A model generated the notes under the pieces. The model was not told the origin of the DNA, searched no databases, and saw only the letters and a list, made by a program, of their open reading frames with translations. A stretch of DNA of 57,452 nt, the filler included, from Bipalium vagum (taxonomy: Eukaryota), in NCBI GenBank assembly GCA_037834085.1. It is 3 parts of 3 records of this genome, joined end to end, with 100 filler letters (N's around TTAATTAATTAA, not from the genome) between each part and the next. Parts side by side here need not be neighbours in the genome. Positions count along the whole stretch, not along the records: positions 1 to 20,316 come from JBBMKC010255435.1; 2 more parts are not named here. One strand, written 5' to 3'. Of this stretch, positions 1 to 11,100 are shown piece by piece (position 1 is the first letter of the stretch; each line of letters begins with the position of its first letter). The position numbers and the translations under genes are program-made.

Positions 1-122
1 ATAAATCAATATTCAAGCTTTAAAATATAAATTAAAAAAACATATCATTTTTGTCCGAAGTTATGAGGATGAAAATGGTATGTTTTTTTAATTTATATTT
101 TAAAGCTTGAATATTGATTTAT
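1..122. repeat. Long inverted repeat / hairpin (56-bp stem, 10-nt loop)
   Basis: Positions 1-56 pair with 67-122 without gaps. There are only three non-Watson-Crick pairs (45:78, 52:71, 53:70), all G.U on the + strand. The left arm may continue beyond the window start. Confidence 0.9.
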
Positions 123-1122
123 CTTAGCCATTTTCCTACTACTAATATCTAACTTATTAGTTTCAACAAAAAATAATTTTGAAAATGTTTGAAATACAAG
201 AAATACAAATAATAATAATAAGTTTTTTAGATAATTTAATTTGCAAAAAATCTTTAAAAAATAAGGCTTGTTAATAAGTTAAGGAAATTTTAAGAATTAT
301 CAAGATAATTCAAGCGAAATTCCCATATTAAAAACCTTATCGAAATACGTAGTAATAGAAGGATTTCTAGTATTAGATCAGCAAAAGGGAGAAAAGTTAG
401 ACAATACAAAAGAAGAAAACTTAATTATTTCAGTTATACTGTGATTTTTCTCTGAGGATTCTTTTTGGTTTTCTCATCAGATGGCTATTTCTGAGCAACT
501 AATAGTTCGGAAATCTCGACCGTGGTTATCTTAAAAAGTTTTTTAATTACTTTTTTTCATTTTTATTAAATTTTTTTTATTTAGTAATTATTTAATTGAT
601 ATTTAATTTTGGTTAGTATCAATTGATTATTAAATTGGATGTAATGTTTTCATAACTTTTGATTTTTGAAGGATTGTATAATTGTTCAATTAGATAATTT
701 GGGTATCAGTAAAATTTTTTTTAAAATTAAAAGCAGATCATTACTTAAAATTTCTTAATAAAAATTTTATAAAGCAATAATTTAACTTTTTAAAACTTCA
801 AATAAAAATTAAAGATTTTATAAAAATAATTTTTAAATTAAGTTTTTTTATGGAAAGATTATATATAGGGCCTTGTGTCCTAAATTATGGTAAATTTTTA
901 AAAAAATTTCAAAATCTATATTTATTTTATATTAATTTTTTAAAATTTTTAAAATGTGATAAATATAGATTTATTTTTAAATACTACGAACATTATGTAC
1001 TACGATTATTATGTTTGAAATTAAATGTAGTTTTAAAAAAATACTAAAAAAATATTTTAGTTCTTATAATTATTTGTTTAAATATTTGATATTATAACAG
1101 ATCTTATTATTTTAAAATCAAA

Positions 1123-1605
1123 ATGGTAATTTTCTACTTTTAATTTTTTTCTTTAATAATGTGATTAGTCAATAGTAGTTAAAACTAGAAAATTTTTGAC
1201 AAATAGGCTTTTGAACAGAAAGCAAATGATTGTAGACGTCTTGCACCCAGGACGTGCAACTGTTCCAAAAACAGAAATTCGTGAAAATTTAGCAAAAATG
1301 TACAAGACTACTTCAGACGTTGTATTTGCATTTCATTTCAAAACTAATTTTGGTGGAGGAAAATCAACTGGATTTGCCTTAATTTATGATACTCTTGACT
1401 ATGCTAAAAAATTCGAACCAAAATATCGTTTGTTAAGAGTAAATTAATTTTATTATTAATTAATTTTTATTCTATTTACGTCTTTGTTTAGCATGGATTC
1501 GGAACTAAAGATACCAGCACTAGAAAACAGAGAAAAGAGAGAAAGAATAGATTGAAGAAACTCCGTGGTACGGCTAAAACGAAGAAAGTTGCAAAAACCA
1601 AATAA
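1123..1605 (+). CDS. RPS24: 40S ribosomal protein S24 (eS24), complete, 3 coding exons: 1123-1125, 1169-1438, 1492-1605 (128 aa)
   Basis: Spliced product [46 protein letters not shown]...[30 protein letters not shown]|[37 protein letters not shown] is classic eS24. Introns are GT-AG, 43 and 53 nt. AATAAA at 1614-1619. Confidence 0.97.
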
Positions 1606-1888
1606 TTTACATAAATAAATTCTTGGATTCTCACTTTATTTCAACTTTTCAATAATCTTTTTAAATCTTAATTTGCTGTGGTTAATTTAAATATATTAAG
1701 AAATTTTATTTCATTGTCATATTTCGAAATGATCTTAATGCGTTAACTATAAATATGACCATCACATTAATTATTAATTTTCTTATTTTTATTTTTCACA
1801 GTCTTAAATTTAAGACTAACTATTTTACGACATTGTTATAAGGAGAGCAATTTTAGATTTTAATTTATATATCTATTTATATTAAAGT

Positions 1889-1972
1889 AAAATAGAACCT
1901 AATAAATTATGCTAACCATCATCACGTATTATTGGAAAATACATTTAAATGGTATAATTAGGTTCTATTTTT
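1889..1972. repeat. Short perfect inverted repeat (15-bp arms), possible MITE relic
   Basis: AAAATAGAACCTAAT (1889-1903) and ATTAGGTTCTATTTT (1958-1972). Confidence 0.55.
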
Positions 1973-2650
1973 AACATAAATGGCCTATATAATATAAAAT
2001 TTAACAATAACCTTGTTTTGATTGGTCTGCTGTTAGTAAAATAGTACCGAAAATTAATACTATAAGATGAATAAAAAATATATATTTTCCATAGATGTGA
2101 AAAAATATATACAAAATGTGATCCAATCATACCATGTCACGACATGTGCTTGTTATTTGTTAAGGAACGTAACCAATACCTCGACATATTTTTATAAATC
2201 AGCTTATTTCTTTAAAATAATTTTGTATTTTTACATTAATTACTTTTTATGTTGAGATTTTATCATATAATTTATAATACAATTTATAAAATAAGATTTA
2301 AGAAAATTATATAAATTAAAGTGATTCATTTGTTCCAAAAATCCCTCTTGTTTTAAAAGGTAGAAAATTTTCAAAAACCAATCTAAATGTAATTCTGAAA
2401 AATCTCTAAATATAAAAATATTATTTTTAAATTTGATTTTCTTTTGAAATTAAATTTGATTTTCTTTTGAAAATAAAATATGAGTTTGAGTTTCATGCGA
2501 ATTATCAAACTATCCTTTGAGAGAAAAAATTTTTTAATTTCAAGATTATAAAATAATTATGCAAAAATGTTGAATTTTAAAAATGGTGAGATATACAAAA
2601 GTTTTTTCTATCTAAACACAAGATTGACAAGTAAAAGCAATTTACATAAA

Positions 2651-2902
2651 CACTGCTGCTCAAAAGTTTGGATAAACCATTAATAAATATTGGAATCCTA
2701 AAGAAAACCTTGGTTTTTTAAAACTGTAAGCTACAAAAATTACCAAATCATTCAAAAATAAAATTTGAATTTAAAACTAAAAAATATGAAATGCAGTGAA
2801 ATAATTTTGTAAAACATGAAAAATTTCTAAATACAAGTTGTTTCGAAAAATACACAAATTTTTTAGTTTTGGGTAAGTGTCCAAAATTTTTGACCAACAG
2901 TG
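2651..2902. mobile_element. Tc1-type MITE (non-coding, about 250 bp)
   Basis: Left end CACTGCTGCTCAAAAGTTTGGA matches the reverse complement of the right end, CACTGTTGGTCAAAAATTTTGGA. TA follows the right end. Confidence 0.75.
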
Positions 2903-2949
2903 TATATTAAATGTCCTCAATAATTTGGATTTGTTCTATTTCTTTATAA

Positions 2950-3430
2950 ATGTCATCTCTTCGAATCAACAAGTATGGGACAACAACATTTAAAGAAGAA
3001 TTCGTAGAGGACAGTGATATCGGATTAATCAGTCTCATGACACTTGTCATCATTAGAATTTTCCTTTTCTGTATGAAATCACCGCAATCTTAATGTTTTT
3101 GTCAATTACTGTAAGACATATCAAACAACAAATCATTGTTTTAGTGAACTAATATTAGTTAACATTTTTTTTCTTCAGAGTGTGGTGAGTAATTATCAAG
3201 TATCAGAGCCGTCGTTCGTTCTTGCTTTTGAAAAGTTTATCGAGAAGTCGCAAGAAATGCATAAAGAGGATGTACGTCATATAGGCTTTTGATATGTCGA
3301 AAAAGAGTCAGAAGGATGGCAAATATGATTTAAAGGCAAAGAATTTTTTTGCTTGCCAAAGTTAAGTCTCTTTCCAGTACTGCACATTTTTGAGATTTAC
3401 TAATGGTGCACCTTTAGATTCAGTGATTTT
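2950..3430 (-). mobile_element. pogo/Tigger DDE transposase remnant
   Basis: Minus-strand fragments KAYMT and ALILDNYSPH match the pogo/CENP-B DDE_1 motifs (KAWMT, LLLDNxxxH). Frameshifted. Confidence 0.65.
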
Positions 3431-3539
3431 CCTTATGTTTTGTTACTTCTTAAAATGCATAATCCAAGTTTGTGATAATATTTAACTTATTTCTCGGTGG
3501 AGACGTTTCAAAAATTCTTATTTATTTATTTATTATTTT

Positions 3540-4740
3540 CGTTAGAATCATTTCTCTTATACATCAATAATCAGGAATCGAAAATACTTTTTTTGAGCCA
3601 TACATGAAATAATTTGTCCCCATCATCGAGCTGCAGCTTTCTTTCTCGATTTTGTTGTAAAATATTCTTTACTAAGTTTGCTTTAGATTTGATCTTTTCG
3701 TCTTTTTCTAATAAATCATCCTGCACTCTTACTCTCACACTTGGACATCCATGCATTTTGTCATACGAAATAACTGTCTCTTCGCTTTCTGCAATCGCAT
3801 TCACTTGATTACAATCTTCAATCTCAAACTGCTTCTTTAAAAATCTGTAAACTTTCTCTGCTTTTCGCGTCACCACTTCATCAGTCTTAATTTTTTGGGA
3901 ATAACCATTTTCAATTTCTAGTATATGGCTTCCGATAGCTCCCCTACTAGCGAAACCTTGTCTTTTGGGTACACTGATGCATTCTCATATTCTTCTCTCA
4001 TGCAATCTCCTTCCGATATCACATCAATATTTTCGCTAACCACATTAATTCTTTTATTTCCACTCATCCCATGATTACTTTCGTAAAAATTCCTGTTTCT
4101 TCTCTGACCTCAATTTAAATTTGAATCTTGATGACCATTTCTTCCACACCTTTGACATTTGTAAACTGTACAATTTCGCGGTACATGTCCTGCTTTCCAC
4201 ATCCAACACATCTAGGAATTTTCTTCTCTGGACAGTCTTGGCTTATATGTCCAACTTTTTCACACGTCCAGCATTCTATTTGTCTTCTTGTTGGGCCATT
4301 GTTTGCCATTCTTGCAAAAGGTCTAGTAACACGTGATTCTGGTCTGACTTTCTCTACAACAGGTCGAAACTTATATCCTGCTTCCTGCCTCCTTACATTT
4401 TGGTATTTATTGTTCCTCGCTACGTCCCTGTAGGTCCTGATGGTATTGACTTGATCAGACTGTTTCTGTCGAACTCCATCCATTAATTTAGTTAGATCTT
4501 CCATTTCTTCAATACTTCTTAACTTTCTCAATTCGATCTACTCGATTTCTGGATCGTTTATGTAACTAATCAGCGCTTTTTTCAAAAGGCCTTCCTTTGT
4601 CATTTCATGTGACAAGACATCTTCCGCCATTTTATGGACGTTCTTCAGAAAATTTTCCACACTATCGGCTTCTCTACGATAGTTCATTAACTTTTCCAAA
4701 TCACGCATCATATCTTTTGGTTTGAAATACTTTTTAAATA
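3540..4740 (-). mobile_element. LTR retrotransposon gag remnant (probably Ty3/gypsy) with CCHC zinc knuckles
   Basis: CWTCEKVGHISQDC in ORF 4115-4531. Correcting one frameshift gives CVGCGKAGHVPRNC and CQRCGRNGHQDSN, i.e. up to three knuckles. Several frameshifts. Confidence 0.75.
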
Positions 4741-4829
4741 TTTTAATATAATTAAAATAAATAATTAAAAAATTCCCCAGATCTGATTAGCCTCCTCAAA
4801 AATCAGACAATGCCTTTCACAGCTATATA

Positions 4830-5879
4830 CACTCCTTTAATTAAGTCTGTTCACCCCACTTAATTGAATGATATAAATGATAATATACATAGATTTTAAT
4901 ACATTTTTTATGTTAATATAATATAATGCATCAATATTAAATTAAAAGTCGTACAATTTCAAAAACAGAAAACTTTTTAACAAAAGAAGAAAGAATGTCA
5001 ATTGTTGCACTTTCAAAATCAGGTAAAAATTGGGCCGAAGTAATATTATTGATGAAGAGGGAATTTAATTGCCATGTGACCAAGCGTGGTTGTTAAAAAA
5101 TTGTTCAAAAATTTAATAGTCGTGGTAACGTGTATGATGCTCAGAGAATTGATCGACCCAAACAGTTTTCTATCAGAGATAAAAGGCTGATTAAGAGACT
5201 AGCTATACGGTACCGACTATCAAGTTTAACCGTGGTTGCCATTAAAATTTATAGACAAACAGGAAGGAAAATTAGTTATGTATGGGTACGTAAAGTTGTA
5301 AATGATTTTGGTTTAAGACGATATGTTGCAACACCAAAATCTTTTCTCAATTTTAAGCAACGTTTAAGACGTAAAGAATGGGCGTCTATGCGCATTTCAT
5401 GTGGGTCCTGCATCGTGAGTCCTGATCTTATTTTTCCAAAAAGAAATTTTATATATGTATGCAAGATAATTCACCAGTACACATTTCGAAATCGACAACA
5501 TAATTCTTGCATCATAATAACATCCCCGTGTGTATTTGACCTGGAAATTCTCCTGATGCCAATATTAAAGAAAATTTATGGAGCTATGTCTTGGGAATTG
5601 AACATGTATTGGTTCACAATGCTAATGAGTATTGGAAGGAAATCCAAGATGTTTGGTACAATATTCCAACGGATTATATACATGGATTATATGAATCATT
5701 ACATGATAGAATGACTGCTATTGTCAAAGCCAGAGGTGGCGCAACAAGATTTTAGTACTTTGATTGATTTCGGATATGTAATAAAGTTGTCTGATTAATA
5801 ATATATGTATATTTAATCTTTTGAAAATGAAATTTCTTAATAAAATAAACGGGGGTGAACAGACTTAATTAAAGGAGTC
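4830..5879 (+). mobile_element. Tc1-like element with both TIRs, internally deleted and degenerate transposase
   Basis: TIR CACTCCTTTAATTAAGTCTGTTCACCCC at 4830 and its complement ending 5879, flanked by TA. HTH/GRP-like N-terminus, and a C-terminus ...RMTAIVKARGGATRF*. Confidence 0.9.
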
Positions 5880-5926
5880 TATATAATCCACTTTGAAAGT
5901 ATATAAATCAATTTTGGATTAATATA

Positions 5927-6200
5927 CAGTGGATTTCGTTTAATACGATGTTGTCATGATAGCGATATATCGTATTAACAGAAGTATAATTAACATGGAA
6001 TGTTAATTATTATGCAATAGTAAGAATAAAAAATAAATGAAACAATCGATTTTCAGACATTTATTGAATAAAAGTTCGCAGTATCTATTTTGACTTGAAA
6101 AAGTCCCTTATTAATAGTTGTTTACTACAGCGTTGTTTATTTAAGATTCCATCTTCAATTATATAAGTTAATTCCATTTCTACATTAGAATTGTTTTGAT
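5927..6200 (-). mobile_element. 3' end of a pogo/Tigger element
   Basis: TA-CAGTGGATTTCGTTTAATACGA is a pogo-type terminus. The minus-strand tail KQLLIRDFFK resembles the KQxxIxDFF C-terminal motif of pogo transposases. Confidence 0.6.
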
Positions 6201-6209
6201 AAAGCTATT

Positions 6210-7230
6210 GGCAAACACACTTGACAGAGGTGAGGATATCGTTATTTTGTTTTTCTTTTTAATTTAATTGATATTGATATTTAATTTAGTTATTTAATTG
6301 ATTATTATTCAAGACATTTTACTTTTAGTGTGATCGATTTTTGCAATCTTTGATTTTGTTATTGAAGACTTTTTTATTGATTATTTGAGACATTATCGAT
6401 CAATAAAATTTGTTATTTTTTTTCAAAATGTGGCTTAGTAAATTAAAAATGGATTTCCTATTTTAAAATGAAGCAAAACATTTTCATAATGAGAGTAAAA
6501 ACCTTGTGTCAATACACTAACTTGTTAAAACTTAACTGTACACTTGTTTAAATAATTTTATTATAAAGTTATTAATATGAATATTGAACAATAGTAAAGC
6601 GAAAATATCTGGAAGAATAAATCACATAAATTATTGGATTTGAAGTATTCGATTGCCTGGAGAATAACCGATGAATATAATTTCTCAAAGAGAAATTTAT
6701 TATCAAAAGGACGATCAAGCACAAAGAATTTAACGTCAAATATTGTATTAACAATTGAAAGTATGGTATCCGAATATATCAACATGTTAATTAAAACAAA
6801 TTAATAGCTTAAGTTAGTCTGATGAATATCAGTTTGTAATTTTTGAGTGAAAACAGAAGATTGAATCATTCCCAGTTGTAATAATTAATTGTCAGCTCCA
6901 AATTTTGATAAACTAACAAGTCTTTTCAATATTATTTTCTATCAACATACGATCGTAGTCTTTTAAGAAACATTCATCGATGTTATCAGATGACCACAGT
7001 TGCCCGGGGAGGGGGGTATAGTTTTCTTTCAAACGAACCAAAAATTATTTGTGTTCGATTTAAATGTCAATACACAAATATTTAGAAAAACTTTTAAATG
7101 CTTAATAAATAAAAATTTCATTTGAACCACAACCTTGTGGGTTTGATCATTGAGGTAGTGCTAAGTTTTATGCAATCTTTGTATACAGAGACTAAATTCA
7201 GCATTATAAATACAAGGAATAGATACACAT
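6210..7230 (+). mobile_element. LTR-retrotransposon leader/internal segment (LTR end, PBS-like site, later a PPT-like tract)
   Basis: ...TTGACA-G-AGGTGAGGATATCG plus about 100 nt downstream is homologous (inverted) to the PBS and leader at 43000-43120. Purine tract GGGGAGGGGGG at 7006-7016. Confidence 0.5.
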
Positions 7231-7627
7231 TCTCTTTATTGACAATACCAAGAAAATTAATTACAAATATTCAAGATTTGTTTTGAACACCTACATATTA
7301 GACATTATTAAATAAAATACAATTTTATATATTTAAAAATTATTAAATAGTTATAATTTTTAATTTATTTAGATCATTATTTCAAATGTAATATAAACAA
7401 TACTAATAATTACAATATGATATATGACCTAAAATTAAAAATTCTCACAGTCTAATTAAGCCACAAAGATTTAAGGTCACAATCGATGATAATAATTAAA
7501 TCAATAAATGAAACTACTAATTTTATTTATAAAATATTTTTTTGTACAGTACAATTGAAACCTCAGAAATTTACAATAAAAAAAATTTATTAAAAAAAAA
7601 TAATAATAGACAAATTATCAGGAAATT

Positions 7628-8193
7628 TCATTTGGGGAGGTTGTTTGCCCTGGTTGTCGTAGAAGTGGTATTTGATGTGATCAACTGGCTGACGGTTATC
7701 GGTTTATTACTAGTATTGATGGAATTCTGTGATGTTGAGAACAGAGTCTTGGTCTGATTATTGATCGTGTTGTTGTTGTTGCTGTTGATGATAATCATTG
7801 GGTTGGTGGGAAGGTTATGGTAGTTTCCATTAATGTTGCTGATGTTATTGGTAACGGTTGCCAGTCTGAGAACAGAATTGGAAATATTGTTAAATGATAT
7901 TATGTTGGGGTTGATGAAGTCAGGCTTCGTTAGATAATTGTTGTTGGAAGAGCTGCAATTGATTCGAATGATGTTCGTGTTCGAGCCCGGTACAGATGGA
8001 AGAATGAACGACTGTGAATTTGGGATTGATATATTGGTGAATCGAGGATTTGTCGGCCGTTCTGCTAACAACGTCGAAGTCCCTAACCGGGTTTGTTGAG
8101 CTGTCAAATTAACATTGGAAGGACGATTGATGATTTGTATCATTGGAGAAGAAGGTATATTATTTGAATTTGGAGACCGAGCAATAATAGAAT
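7628..8193 (-). CDS. SRCAP: Domino/SRCAP terminal exon (N/S/T/I-rich low complexity)
   Basis: AG acceptor at 8195-8194, phase 1, in frame with ORF 7628-8143. Ends in TGA. Confidence 0.7.
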
Positions 8194-11100
8194 CTTAATA
8201 ATGTCAAATAAGAAGTACCAAACAAATCTTGGAGAAGAAAATAACAATTGAAAATTGATTAACAACTTAAATTTCGCTAAATCGTAACATTTAATAAAAC
8301 AAAGCTGTTTAATTTATTTAAATAAATTAGTATTTTTAATAATTAATGTATGATATCTACGAAATTAATTAGATTTTTTAACGATCAGTAAACATAAATT
8401 AAAATATACATACACACATTTTTTCTAAATAAAATTTAAGAGCTGCTATTTTACAATTAGAATTGTGTAAGATTTTCGTAATTTCATTTTTATAATTATT
8501 TTTCATCATAACAAGTAACCTTGAAAGGAAAGATTTGTAATTAATTAATTATTTTAAAATATTTAGATTACTCTTAGCAAAGAGTCAATAATAATTCAAA
8601 AGAATTTAATATATAGAATTACAAGAAAGATATTGACTATAAAACATTATTACAATTCCTTATGTAAAAGCATTCAAAAAATAGATCAGAAGAGAAAAAA
8701 TCCCGGTAACTGCAAAGACCTAACATTATTTAATAACAGTATTTGAGGTTTACTCCGAAAATAATGAAAGTTAATATTACTTACAAAATTCAATGTCATG
8801 CATGTGAACATATAAATGGGGAAGACACAGGACTGCCATTTAAATCAAATCGATTCATTTTTGTCTAGCCAAGAAAATTTTAAAAATTTTCTTAGATTTC
8901 AAGAAATCAATAATATATTTCACTGTATTTTAATAAAATATTTATATCGACTGTGTTCTGAGAACCTAAGCAAATCACAAATCATTTGGACTTCCAATTA
9001 ACAAAATTTTTAGAAAAAATCAATTTAAAATCTATTAATTAAAAACATTGATTTTATCATGAAATAATGTTTCAACTTACCACTCAGATCATCTGAAAAA
9101 TGATGTGGTATTGATACAATTAAAGACAAATTTTAAAGCTTGTTGGAAATCAGACGCTCTTTTACAATTGTTGGGTCGTGAACAAGATTGTATTGATTTT
9201 CTTTAAAAAATGATACAATAATTCGAATACGAAGTTTATCATTTACCATCTCTTTCGATTTTGTTTCTCACAATCAAAAAATTCGATAAAAATCGGAGGG
9301 TGATTGAATTTAGGCGGGTAGAAGAATTTAGACAATACATCAATGGTTCACTGGCTTTTTTGAAAAACCACAATTTTCCAAAAACTTTTTTGAGATAAAA
9401 ACTAAAAAACGTTTTTTCATGAAGAAAGGGAAAGTCGGAAATAAAATATTCGACTGGATTCTGTTTACACAGACAACAGATTGCTGATAAGAGCTGTTAA
9501 AAGGGCGGGAAACTTTTCTTCCTCATTTTCTCAGTCTCTCACCTGTCATTATTTCATCTATTTATTTCTGTTCTCTCGGTTACAATTATTATTTCGTTAC
9601 CGATCATTCAATCAATTCTTTTTTGACCTGGAAAACAGTCAAAAAACAAGGACTGCCTCAGATCAATTCACAGCCTCTCTACTTGTTCACAATACATTGC
9701 GACATTGTTACACAACTGGTATTTCCAAACTTGTTTCACTCCTACAACATCTTTCTAAACATAACAAATTCGGGAAAAGGAACCTTTTTCCATTTTCATA
9801 TTAAAATTTTGCAGTATTTAAAGAGCTCATTGATTTCCGAAAATATTAAATTGGTAATTCACTTCACCAGTCGTGAAAAACTGATTTCACTTGAAAAATT
9901 TTGAAATGAAACGAAAAATTGATTATTAATGATATTATAAAATGTAAAACTATTTCACTCTCTGTCTCTCTCTCTGCGTGTATTATGTGTAAATTTAATA
10001 CGTCAATATAAAGATCAATAAATTAATAAAAACAAAAAAGCCATACTGTTCTGAGGGGTGATCGATCGATTAATGAATAGCACGGGCTGGGAATTGATGA
10101 TAAGTTGTTGCGCTGATAGAGACGTTCTGAAATTGCACAGGGACTGCACCGGAATCTGGAACGATGACTGGGAGCTGATTGTAGGGTAATTGGTGCTGTT
10201 GACATTTTCGGATGATTTGATGATTTGAATAGAAGAGGAGGACGAGGAAGAAGAGTTGGTGGAAGTGAAATTGATACAGTGATTTGTGGAGTTGATATTC
10301 GAGGGGTTGTTATTGTTAAGAAACAAAGGAGAGCATGTCGATGCCGAAGAAGATGATATCGATTTATTGGAATAAGGAATGATATGGGGTAGGGAAATAT
10401 TCGGAGTCATTGAGTGACGGACAAATTGTCCTTGGTTGTGTGAAAGACTTGCAGATTGCATCTGGACAGGGAAAAAATCAATATTTAATTAGGGTCATGG
10501 TAAGTCAGGTTCACACTCACCTCAAACTGAATCTTTATTGATCATTTAAATAATAAAAAGAAAGGAATTTAAGACCGGGACAGATTTTTGCAGTTTTTTT
10601 TTGTCCACAAATGCCAAACGTGCGCGATTGCATTACATATTGATTTTATAGTGAATTTCGATATTCATAACAATTTTCAACAACTTATAAATTAAAAAAA
10701 TTTTACTTATCACTTTCTTATGAGAGAAAGGAAGAGATAGAATGAAAAAAGGAAGTCAGAAAAATATGAATAAGGAAAGAAAAAATAAACAAAATAATTA
10801 CAAAGCAAAAATGAGGTCATATTAATTGTGGTTTCTTAAAAATATGTTCAAATTTCATGATGAAAAAAATCAATACTCGAAAAAAAACAGAGTAGAGTAA
10901 AACATGTTATATTATTATTGTTATAACTGGTGTGCTTTTTAGTGAATGAAACAATTTCTGATAAGTTCCCCACTCTCAATCTTTTTGAGATCGTCGTCTC
11001 TGTAAATTCGGCTTAACCCAGTACAATTTTTGCAAAATTTTTCGACAGGTTCAAATATTGAATTTATTAATCAGTGAAATTCGTTAGGCACTTCTAATTT

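Noticed and set aside
440-530. Hammerhead ribozyme on the minus strand (GTC ... CTGATGA ... GAAA)
   Set aside because: Stem II cannot close and the bases after GAAA do not pair with those before GTC. Other CTGATGA sites checked (6819, 35368, 42637, 51941) also lack proper stems.
130-1050. Mitochondrial rRNA insertion (NUMT) or ORF 850-1047
   Set aside because: No conserved rRNA motif could be aligned. The ORF is low-complexity AT sequence.
8784-8864. Extra Domino exon using the GTAAGT donor near 8784
   Set aside because: The candidate acceptor gives an in-frame stop.
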